In this document: positions 45,600 to 55,277 of the stretch, in pieces | How positions within the stretch are numbered: the stretch's first letter is position 1 | Layout of the letters: each line of letters begins with the position of its first letter | Source of the DNA: Eukaryota sp. TZLM1-RC | Taxonomy: Eukaryota; Protista; Metamonada: BaSk clade | Assembly (NCBI GenBank): GCA_040285825.1 | Contig: JAUPSS010000001.1 | Span: 2,604,001 to 2,668,000 of the forward strand | Reading direction: 5' to 3' | Length of the DNA: 64,000 bases | Notes under the pieces: model-generated | The model's database searches: none | Seen by the model: the letters and a program-made list of their open reading frames with translations, nothing else | Told to the model about the DNA's origin: nothing | Made by a program: the position numbers and the translations under genes

Positions 45600-46560
45600 T
45601 TGTTTGTTCATTTATGGATCCTTTATTTGCTGTTGATAATTCAGAGGTTACCTTGGCTGATTCCTCACTTATTGCTCATTTGTCCCAAACTCTTGTTGGT
45701 ATTAACAATTCAGATGTTACCTTGATTAATGTTGATGTAGTGCATTCACAATGTTCAGGCCATGCTGAATTGACCAATTCCAATCTCAAAGGAACTGATG
45801 TTGAATTTCAGAATATTGAAGGTAAAGTGTTTGATGTAAAGAGTGGTTCTGATTTTGAAGGTTTGCGTGTACAACTATGAAATATTGATACTATTGTTAA
45901 AGGTATTTGTTGGATACGCTAATGATTAATCTCTTATTAACCCTTGTTAAATCTAATGTTGATTTTGATGATTTAGTTGTTGCTACTGATTCTATTATTG
46001 ATTACGAAACTGTTCTTGTTCATGATTCAAGTGGTATTGATAATACACTTTCAACAATCTGAGGTTGCTAATTCTAATAAAACTGTGTTTTGAGAATCTG
46101 TTTAAAAAATTGTTTATTCTACTGTTGATACCTGTTTCCTTTCTGCTGAACTTTTAAATTTTTGCAAGTGTCAATTGGTCAATTTGGGAAGTTTAATTTT
46201 GATTTTTATTATGTTGGGGGTAATTCTACAATTGTTGTTGTAAATGTCCATAAAATCCAGCTTGAATTATATATGATATTATTTGACACGAAAAGTATAA
46301 GTTCTTTATTGGTAACACGACCTGTGGTGTATGTTTTGATTATTCTGATGAATTCTCTCAAAACTTGACTGGCTCTGTATTTTCCTTTATTAATACTGAA
46401 TTCAGTGTGTTGACACAGTGTAATATTTCCACACTCTATATTTCAACCATAGTTAACGATGAGTTGGTGTTCAATGTAATGAATGATTTTGATACTTTTA
46501 TTACTCCCAATGTTTTCAATACTTTTCAACTTATTGATACCTTTTCCGATACAAGTTGAC
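45600..46560 (+). pseudogene. Decayed fragment of a repetitive beta-strand-rich (beta-helix-like) surface protein gene
   Basis: Broken frames with NSEVTL, NSDVTL, SVFSFINT-type V/N/S/D-rich repeats; many stops. Confidence 0.4.
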
Positions 46561-46983
46561 GTTTTTCTCTCTAAAAAAATCAATGAAATTAATAATAATA
46601 CAATGAGCTTATTTTGTCCTCATATTTGTTATTATATATCTAGTAGATCTGAACATAAATTGTTAATCAACTCTTTGTCTATTGATATGACAATTTGTGG
46701 GGATGTAAAAGCAAATTCTGGTCCCAAAAACAGAATATCCAATAGTAAAGCAACTCCTCCATCAAAAATTATAAGACCAGAGACTTTTGACCAACAAACA
46801 TCAAAGCGTCAGCGGAAAAAACAATAAAAATCACTGAACCAAGAAATTGGTATCGAGTATACAATGTTGAATATCGAAAACAGGAAAATTTTGACAAAGA
46901 AATAATTGAAACCGAGTATGGTCAAAAAAATTGAGCCAAGTCTTAGTGGATTCAATCCAGGTCCTTAAATTCAATTCAAACCA

Positions 46984-47927
46984 ATGACCACAAATCAAAA
47001 TCTTCCCACTGTTATGTGCTTTGATCTTGAAACCTATCAGGATGGTCAACTGTACAAAAACAATCAGAACCATTTTATTAAACATGATGAGATTATTGAT
47101 AAAAAGAGAAAAAAGTGTACAATTTTTTTAAAAGAAAAACTGATGAGCAAATGGATGAATGGACTTCAAATCAAAGAATCTTGTTAATTTCAATTGTGGT
47201 TGGAAGAAGGGCCAACAAAATTTCTTTTTGGAAAGCAAATATTCGCTGCTCTTGAAAGTGAGTCGTCAAATCTCAAGTTTACCTGAAACAGATATAGATG
47301 TACAGGCAGAATTGCTCAATAACAAAGAAACGTATTTCTGCCAAATTATATGAATCATTGATGGCAAGAATTCGTTATATCTCAGATCATTTATATGAGC
47401 AACAATTGGTAAAACCAAAAAGTGCAATTCCACAGGATTTAGAAAACTTTGAATATGGTGAAAGTGTTTATACTTCAACAACTAGCTTTGAACATCCAAA
47501 GTTCAACAAAACTCTATGGTATGTAGACCATTTGAGATATAGACCTGAGTTTTTTCCACGATTTGCAATTGATGGGTTCAATAGACCTCCCAAGTACATG
47601 GCACCGGTATTGTTTGCCAATTTCGAGAATAATTTGAAAATAAATTATGAAACACATGTCAATCGTTTCATCACTGTCTTTGTTGACAAAGCAGATGTTG
47701 AAAACGTGTTAGCAGAAATGCACAAACTAGGTGGGTACGCAACGCCCTATACTTATATAGATATAGAGTTCGATCATTCAGAAACATGTTTTTAGTTAAT
47801 GATAGAGATAACGTGAGTTCTTTAAGACTTATACCTGAAAATATTTCAGACCTTCTTGATGATGAGTTTTTGAATTTGTGTCAACATCATCATATTAGAA
47901 ACAATGAACGTGACGAAATCTTCTATG
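46984..47927 (+). pseudogene. Decayed ORF with an ExoI-like CFDLETY motif, interrupted by the gag-only element and resuming at 49037
   Basis: Consecutive frameshifted ORFs; EIFY|DLITPF frame restored on removing the LTR element. Confidence 0.4.
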
Positions 47928-49031
47928 TTGATGCCGTTAGGCAGATGAACACACGAAGGAGAGAGAGAAATCTGTTGTTTATTAATAAAACTGATTCATA
48001 AATGAGTATCACGTCATCAGTCGAAATACAAAGAAACCTACTAATTCAATTTGAGTTCAACAACAACACTACTTTTTCCCACTTTTCTGAGGACAAATAC
48101 AGTACTGGCTCAATAGAGGGAAGATATGGGGTTTGTTAAACTCTTTGGTGCATCGTTTGTGTGACACAAATAATTTACCTCATGTTTGATTTTAGATGGA
48201 CAATCGCGGGAGATGTGTCCAGGCTTGTGGCACTTGAAGCACGATTGATTTTTTAAATCCTGAGAGCGCCAAGAGCACCTCGTTTTAGTGCCAGCCGTAC
48301 GTTCCACATCATTCACTGAGGTTTTGAAACCACGAGTCCATGAAGCAACCCTAGAGCAGTCCAACAGCTCATCAGTAGTGGTTTCGACAAGAGAGTGAAG
48401 ATCTGGGAATACATCATCTCGAATTCTCGCTAGTAGAGAACGTTGAAGACCTACGGGAAGAATTCCTCTGGCAAATCGATTCAGAAAAGCTGTGTCTGGT
48501 AACTTCAGTCCGGAAGCCCTACTCTTTACCTGGAGGAAACGTCGCAGGTAACAGGACATACGTTCTCGGACGTCACCAATACGGACATCAAGCTTCAGTT
48601 CTGACATAGCCAGACTAAAATCTTCGTACGTGGCGAACGATACGACAGATTGAAGATGTCTAAGAAGAACATCGTCACTGGAAGAGACGTCGGATTTCTG
48701 GAGAGATAGGGACTCTAACAGAAAAGAATCGACCAAGAGTCTTGCTGGAACAAGCTCTTTCTTAGAAGTCACAGAAGAATAGATCTTCCACTCTTGTAGG
48801 AACAAGAGAACACTTTCAACTTTCATGGAAGAAAGAGACGGGAGGTTGACAGAAGGAACAGTCATCTGAAATAAGAAGGGCCAATAATTATTGATGCCGT
48901 TAGGCAGATGAACACACGAAGGAGAGAGAGAAATCTGTTGTTTATTAATAAAACTGATTCATAAATGAGTATCACGTCATCAGTCGAAATACAATGAAAC
49001 CTACTAATTCAATTTGAGTTCAACAACAACA
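47928..49031 (-). mobile_element. 1.1-kb gag-only LTR element (TR-GAG-like) with 140-bp LTRs
   Basis: LTRs 47929-48068 and 48892-49031 differ at one base; PPT AGAAAAGTGGGAAAAAGTAG; CTATG duplicated at 47923-47927 and 49032-49036. Confidence 0.93.
48110..48865 (-). CDS. Retrotransposon Gag with CCHC zinc knuckle (251 aa, intact)
   Basis: Y...F....F..G capsid-like pattern and CFKCHKPGHISRDC; fills the interval between the LTRs. Confidence 0.9.
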   Translation of the reverse strand: MTVPSVNLPSLSSMKVESVLLFLQEWKIYSSVTSKKELVPARLLVDSFLLESLSLQKSDVSSSDDVLLRHLQSVVSFATYEDFSLAMSELKLDVRIGDVRERMSCYLRRFLQVKSRASGLKLPDTAFLNRFARGILPVGLQRSLLARIRDDVFPDLHSLVETTTDELLDCSRVASWTRGFKTSVNDVERTAGTKTRCSWRSQDLKNQSCFKCHKPGHISRDCPSKIKHEVNYLCHTNDAPKSLTNPISSLY

Positions 49032-49379
49032 CTATGATCTTATAACACCATTTACTTGTCAGATTGAGAATTTAGTCACTTATGCAGATGCTGTTGAGAG
49101 GAGATCCTCAGATATTCTTAAAACCAACAACTACGATTGCTCAATATATTGCCAGTAGAGAGGGTAAACCTTACCATATTACCCCTTTATCAACCAATGT
49201 GGGTCCAGGATAATTTTCAATTGACACAATAACAATATGAACCATTATTAGACAAACATTGTTGGATGATTTGCTGCCTCAACAAAGATTAAAAATAAAT
49301 CAATGAATTAAATTGAATAAATTTTTTCCGAAAGTAGACCAACTCAACTTTATCAGTCTATTTTCAGGTATCGACAATA

Positions 49380-50285
49380 ATGAAGACCTTGTTTCTCTTA
49401 ATTCTAGCACTGTATGCAGTCGCTGCTCAAGACTATCTTGTGGCCGCACCTTTCAATCCTTGGAAGTATCATCATAAAAACTTGTTCAAAATCGATGTTT
49501 CCACCAAACGCTGTTCTAACCTCGTTGATTTTAACCAAGTCAGTGGTATCCAAAGTGCTTTCATTGACAGAAGAGATCATACTTACATAGCTATGGGCAT
49601 GTCGTTGCAGTACAAAGCTATCGCTATGACATTCAATACATCCAATGGTGCAAGGTTTGAGGACAAGCAGTTCCCATATACCCCTAATGATCCACGAAAC
49701 GGTCGCTATTGTGATTACTACAAATATGTTATAGCTGTTGACACCGTTGCCAAAACTGTCTGGAAGTTTGATCTTACTTCTCTCACCTTTGAGGAAGTCC
49801 ACCAATGGAAGATTACGATTGATGATGTTGAAAAACCTGATCCTTCAATCACCTTACTTGATGTCGACTCCAGTGCAATTAACTCTTTCACTTCGATGTA
49901 CTATCTCATAGTCAAGAATGTTACCACTGGTGTCAGCTACATTGCTTCTCTAAACTATCGAGAACTCGAACTTACTTCAATGATGCCCATCAATGTTGAT
50001 TTCAAAGGAATGTTCTTACAAGGAAGTAATCTATGGGCTTTCTCTATGAAAGGACAACTTGGGCTTATCGATGCTACTACTGGTAAGTTTGTCCCGAAGT
50101 ATTCTGTTGGTCGGTTACCTTGGATGGAAAGTGTTGATTACAGTCCTGCTACAGATACAGTTTATTATTCATTCATGGAGGGTAGCAATTACTTTGTTGC
50201 TGGATTAAATTTGGCATCAGGCACTGAAGTCTTTAAAATGCAATTACCAGAGTCTATGTGCTATATTCGTGTTGATAATTATTGA
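49380..50285 (+). CDS. Uncharacterised secreted protein, probably beta-propeller-like
   Basis: Signal peptide MKTLFLLILALYAVAA and repeated short beta segments ending in D/N..TG turns. Confidence 0.75.
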   Translation: MKTLFLLILALYAVAAQDYLVAAPFNPWKYHHKNLFKIDVSTKRCSNLVDFNQVSGIQSAFIDRRDHTYIAMGMSLQYKAIAMTFNTSNGARFEDKQFPYTPNDPRNGRYCDYYKYVIAVDTVAKTVWKFDLTSLTFEEVHQWKITIDDVEKPDPSITLLDVDSSAINSFTSMYYLIVKNVTTGVSYIASLNYRELELTSMMPINVDFKGMFLQGSNLWAFSMKGQLGLIDATTGKFVPKYSVGRLPWMESVDYSPATDTVYYSFMEGSNYFVAGLNLASGTEVFKMQLPESMCYIRVDNY

Positions 50286-50510
50286 GGATTTGTTATTGTT
50301 TTGTAAATAAAATGTACTGTAGCTATACAAATGTTTTTGGTTCAATTGCAGGAATTGACTTCCAAAGCTACAATTTTTCCAGAGCAATGGAATCACAAAT
50401 GGTAACAAATATTTTCTCAAGAATTCCGGTTCCTGAATTGGACATTTTAGTCTTCAAATTGGAATTATGAAGTCGAACTGTTTGGGATCATTTTGCCAAA
50501 GAACAATATT

Positions 50511-51464
50511 GTATTTATTGAATTTGCACACTTGATTAAATTAAATCATAACTAATGGGACGACTATCATTAAACCAAGATTTCCTCTACAAAATCTTGA
50601 TTTGCTTGCTGTCTAGCTAAAGCTTCTCTAATTCGATTGAAAAACCGCGGTAATCTATTAATAATGGCAAATTGAATCCGTGAACGCCATAAAAAAATAT
50701 CAAATCTTTTCATTGTTTTTTCTTTCACCATTTTTTGGAAGTCATCCAAAAAAGTTTCTGCTTCAACTGATAATCTTCCATTTATCGAAAATGGGAAAGC
50801 AATAAAAACCAGCTGTGTATTTCTATCGACATTTGCATCTTCAATTTCTTTATCATATTTTCTATGTTTTTCTTTTGCTTTTAAAAATCCAGAGCAGCCA
50901 CAGGATTAAGTTTTCTTCTGTGAACCAAAGTATCGTTTGCAACATTACATGAGACAAAGTCAACAATAGCTTCAGAATTATCAATCCAATCACAGTATAC
51001 ATCACCTCTATCATCAGAACCAAAATTATTCAGAGAAAGTGTTTCCTTCAGCAGGGGCTCTTTGATACACGATATCCTTGAAGTTTGTGCCATATTGAAA
51101 ACAGTGTCTCTAACAGCATCATGTAATGAAGAACGATAAGTTATCAATTTAGAGCAATTTAGAGCATGGCGCAAAGTGAGTTGAGGTGAATTCGAACAAA
51201 TACATTTTTCTTTTGATAATAATTGATTAATGGGGATGTTCAAATATAATCTCATTTTTGTTACAAATGCTTCATTAGTGGCACACAATCCAAATCTTCG
51301 TGGTACAATGGTTACAAAAAGTGAAGAATCTGACGCCTTGTTTTCACAAACACCCTTTTCCAATAACAATGAGTGAAGATCTTGATTTAAAACAGCCGAG
51401 CTGCAAATATTATTATAAAGATCTTTTTCATACATTCCAGTCAATCTTTTCTGTAATGTTCGAA
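50511..51464 (-). mobile_element. 5'-truncated young copy of the CRE-like retrotransposon
   Basis: Near-identical to 60434-61386; imperfect TSD gaacaatat / gaacaaaat. Confidence 0.93.
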
Positions 51465-51569
51465 CAAAATACAAAGATCAAAATACATGTTTCCTTTTTT
51501 ATTGGAAATTTGATCTCACACTATTCATATCGTAATAGAGTTAGAATTGGTCACTGTAACTTTTCGATT

Positions 51570-51997
51570 TATTATGGTAAGTTTGACAGCATTGTTCATT
51601 CTTTTGTAATAGGTCTCAACTCAGTCACAACCAAACCAAAATTTACATAAAATCTGTATGTGATAATCAATCATGATCTGTGTAATGATGTTTAAGAAAA
51701 ACCAATTTCCGGCTACTACTGCTCGACAAACATCAACCAGCTACCGATGTCATACATGAGTACTCGAGGAAAAAAAGATGGAAATGGACAGATACATTGA
51801 GCACCTAATACAAATCATGGCGGGAGAGAAATAAATGCTTACCCACTTGCAAGTAGTGTGGATGTTTATAGATTTGTAGTGTCCATGCTATTGTTGGTTT
51901 GATTAATATTGTAGATGAGTATCTCAAAGGAAAAGAAGGACCGCAAGTTTTGAAAAGATCATCTTGGTTACTACTATTTGACATTTTTGTGCTATTA
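51570..51997 (+). pseudogene. Decayed Fanzor1 remnant B (same family as remnant A) with putative right end
   Basis: Not in the ORF track; MFKK.NFRLLLLD..SYRCH, TCK.CGCL, INIVDEYLKGKEGPQVLKR align with 22507-22770. Confidence 0.75.
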
Positions 51998-52001
51998 CCC
52001 T

Positions 52002-53456
52002 ATGTCTGACGACGTTCTTCTTTCCCAGGCGATATCTTATCTCAAAACCACTCAAGGACATTCGAACCTCTCACTCTATGATCATCTAGAGTTCATTGTG
52101 ACAGAATCTCTCAAGTCTGACAATGACCCTTCTGATCTTTCTATTCTCCTAGAACAATCCTTACTAGAAAACCAAACCACACAACCTCAGCGCCCTTCCC
52201 AAGCTGATCCCACTCTCCAACACTTGGTTGATTCCTATCTCAAACACGTAATCTCCCTTCTCCAGCAGGCTTCCCTTCCGCCTGCGTCTACCACTTCTTC
52301 TCTCCTTCGTTCCCACCTTAACCTTTTCGCTCTACCTTCTCTATCTAGTTCACTCTCTTACCTACGGGATGCACATGGTCTTGGCATCTCTTCCACTCAA
52401 GGTTTTCTTCTCACGTCATCTCTCTTCAAATTGGCTTCTTCACTCTCCCTGCCTCCCGAAAACATCACCTTTATAGGGTCCTTCTTCACTCTCAATTCTC
52501 CGTACTATGCTATCGAGATTCCCTTTTCTATCTTTCCCCACCACCTTTTACCTTCTCTCCAACCAGCCTTACCTGGTGAGATTCCTCCAGAACCTTGGGG
52601 AGAAGGTTGTAATGAGGTGGTGATCATGGTGGTAACGCAAGATTCTTTGGTCAAGGATCCCTCAAGTTGGGAAATCTTACCACCTGTTTATCCAAAGTTT
52701 GTGTCGAATTCAGTCAATCAATCATTGTTTTTAACCGGAAATTTATCAACTTCTGTTCCTTACTATCAATCAGAAGCTAATTTCCTTCGATCATTCATCT
52801 CTGTACTTTCCCATTCTTCTTTCCTTTGTCCTAATGGTTTGTTTGTTGAGGACGAAGATGGTCAAGTGGTGGCTAATGATGAGTTTGACCTGGAAGAGTG
52901 GCAGGGGTTGGTAGAGGAGAATTGGGTTCATTGCCTGGCACACTTGCTCCCTCAAGGAAGAGTCTCCTATTCCTCACCTGTTCCTTTTCCCAAGCCCCCA
53001 AAGAAGGATGAGGATGAAGAAGATGAAAGTGAGGAAGAGGAAGAGGAACCTGAGCTAAAGGAAAGGTTTATGGGGGTCGAAAATGATGTGCTGATTAAGG
53101 AAACTGATGATGATGAGGGTCAGGAAGAGGGTCAAGAAGAGGTTGAACTGCCATTATTTTTGAAAATGCACATTCCCAACAATGTCTGGAACTTTAAGTC
53201 AAAGCATTATTTAAAATCAGTCAAATATCCTGGATTAATTAATTTATTTTCAAATGGCAAATTTGGTAGCATCTATTTTGGAAATTGCACTACTTTTAGC
53301 TTAACTTTTCATTCACCGTCTGCTATTCCAACACTCCAAACTTTCCCTTCCCTTCCCACTGAACTCAGGGATCCTACGTTGATCGAGGAGCACGACTGGA
53401 TGGACAAGAAAAGGGAAGAGGAAGAAGAAGAAGAGCAAGAAGAAGAAGATGATTAA
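52002..53456 (+). CDS. Radial spoke head protein RSP4/6 family
   Basis: AISYL..SLYDHL, IPPEPWGEGCN, W..LPPV.P, FLTGNL, EANFLRS.I, NWVH..HLLPQGR, S..YPG, SIYFG, acidic tracts. Confidence 0.88.
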   Translation: MSDDVLLSQAISYLKTTQGHSNLSLYDHLEFIVTESLKSDNDPSDLSILLEQSLLENQTTQPQRPSQADPTLQHLVDSYLKHVISLLQQASLPPASTTSSLLRSHLNLFALPSLSSSLSYLRDAHGLGISSTQGFLLTSSLFKLASSLSLPPENITFIGSFFTLNSPYYAIEIPFSIFPHHLLPSLQPALPGEIPPEPWGEGCNEVVIMVVTQDSLVKDPSSWEILPPVYPKFVSNSVNQSLFLTGNLSTSVPYYQSEANFLRSFISVLSHSSFLCPNGLFVEDEDGQVVANDEFDLEEWQGLVEENWVHCLAHLLPQGRVSYSSPVPFPKPPKKDEDEEDESEEEEEEPELKERFMGVENDVLIKETDDDEGQEEGQEEVELPLFLKMHIPNNVWNFKSKHYLKSVKYPGLINLFSNGKFGSIYFGNCTTFSLTFHSPSAIPTLQTFPSLPTELRDPTLIEEHDWMDKKREEEEEEEQEEEDD

Positions 53457-53584
53457 TTGTATTATAGCTAAATATCACAACTTTTATTATAAATTTATTA
53501 AATTTGAGATGAATATTATAAGTTGAGGCATATTTCCTTATTAAATGTGGTTATTTTGGGTCAGTCAACCTAAATTTTTTTAAA

Positions 53585-54245
53585 TGATATCTATTTATTA
53601 GAAAACTTAAAACTCAACGTCTAAATAATCCATCTCTCCCAAAACACAACAACTAGATGCAACTCTCTCATAGTGAGATCCAAGAGAAAGCAAGGCCTCA
53701 GAAACCATCTTCAACATCCCCTTAAAAATAGAAAACACAATTGTATTTTGCCAAAAAAAAAACTGTTGAAATTCCTAGTGATCGTTTTCTTTCATTTCAA
53801 AATTTGCTACAAAAGGTAAAAAAGTGGGAGCAAGTGCACCAGATAGAGAAAATACAAATGAATACAAATTGTATTTTGTATCGTGTTACGTAGCCAATTT
53901 GGACAAAAGTTCGCTGTGTTATTTGATTTTGAATTTCAGAGTTAGCAAGCCTTTCATTTGAGACATTTCAAAAATAAACAGACATTGCGTCACCAAATGA
54001 AGGTTCCATCTAATATGACACCACCTCTGTAATTCTTATCGAAATCATCTTCAGCTTCATACAGATTTGGCAACAAAAGTTCCAAAAAAGATTCAATTCT
54101 ATGAGACTTGCACATACAATATAATTGGTCTCTTACAGCATCATGAACCTTGCTTCTAAAAGTAATAAAATGTTCACAAATGAACAAGACAGTTCATGTA
54201 ACTTTTCGTCTACATGTGCAAATTGAATTATGAGGTAAATTATCA
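53585..54245 (-). mobile_element. Degenerate CRE-like RLE retrotransposon 3' fragment
   Basis: RSKVHDAVRDQLYCMCKSHRIES; nucleotide similarity to 35690-36400. Confidence 0.8.
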
Positions 54246-54344
54246 ACCTAAAATCAATTACAACAGAAATCAATTACAAACAGAAATCCAGAAGAATGTT
54301 GTTTCACTTCTTCAAAGTCATTTTTTCTGACACTTAATTTCTCA

Positions 54345-55202
54345 ATGATCACCAAAGCTTTGCTCTTCATTATTTTACTCAATGCCTGCATGGCAAAAAA
54401 AATCATGCCCTGGATGGGCCTTGAACGTACAAAGGAACCTATCGAAGATGACCTCAACCAAATCAGCATGCTCCGTAATATTCTCACTGATGTTTCTTTC
54501 GAAAAGTACGACCTCGATTGGGATGCCAATCTCAAAAACAATGGTTTTTCTGATGTCAATCCCATCATTCAGCGTTTTGGTCTTGGTGCTCATCCTATGA
54601 TCACTACTGTCAATATCCGTATGTTTCACCACTTCTTATCGCAGCCAAACTCACTGAGTTGTTCAGTTCCACCAGTCAAATGGATAAGTTTATTGACCAA
54701 TTTATTACCGTAGCATTGAGAAATAACTACACCGGAGCAAATATTGATTTCGAACCCTCTGGAAAGGAAGCTTTCCCCTTGGCTGATGGTCTTGCTACTT
54801 TCCTTGACAGGTTTGCCAAAGCTTTACACAAGTACGACATGGTTCTCAGTGTTGATGTAGCTGCATGGACTCAGTTCTTCAACTATGAAAAGATTGCCAA
54901 CTCTGCCGTGGATTACGTTTGTGATATGTCAACTTATGCGGGAAACTTCAACACTTTCCTCAAGGCTTTAGATCGTACTGTCAATGCCTTTGGTCCCAAG
55001 GCATGTGTTGGTCTCATGACTATCAATCCTAATGAGTTTGTGTCTATTTTAAGTTAATTTTAGTGGAAAACATTATACTGATGAAGAACTAAAAATGAGA
55101 TTTGATGCAATTAAGGAACGCAATGTAGATTTTATCTCTATTTGGCAAATGCCAATTCCCGGCAATTGGGTCAATTTCTTGGCAGACTTTGTCCGTGCAT
55201 AG
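54345..55202 (+). CDS. Secreted GH18-like glycoside hydrolase, three exons (introns 54619-54644 and 55036-55063)
   Basis: Signal peptide, YTGANIDFE (DxxDxDxE-like), DMSTY, SIW; the 26-nt and 28-nt GT-AG introns join the ORF pieces in frame to TAG 55200-55202. Confidence 0.82.
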
Positions 55203-55277
55203 GTAGTAGTTATTCAATTTATTTGTATAAAATTTATTATTAGAAATTTAAGTCAATTAACAATTATAATTTTAAAC

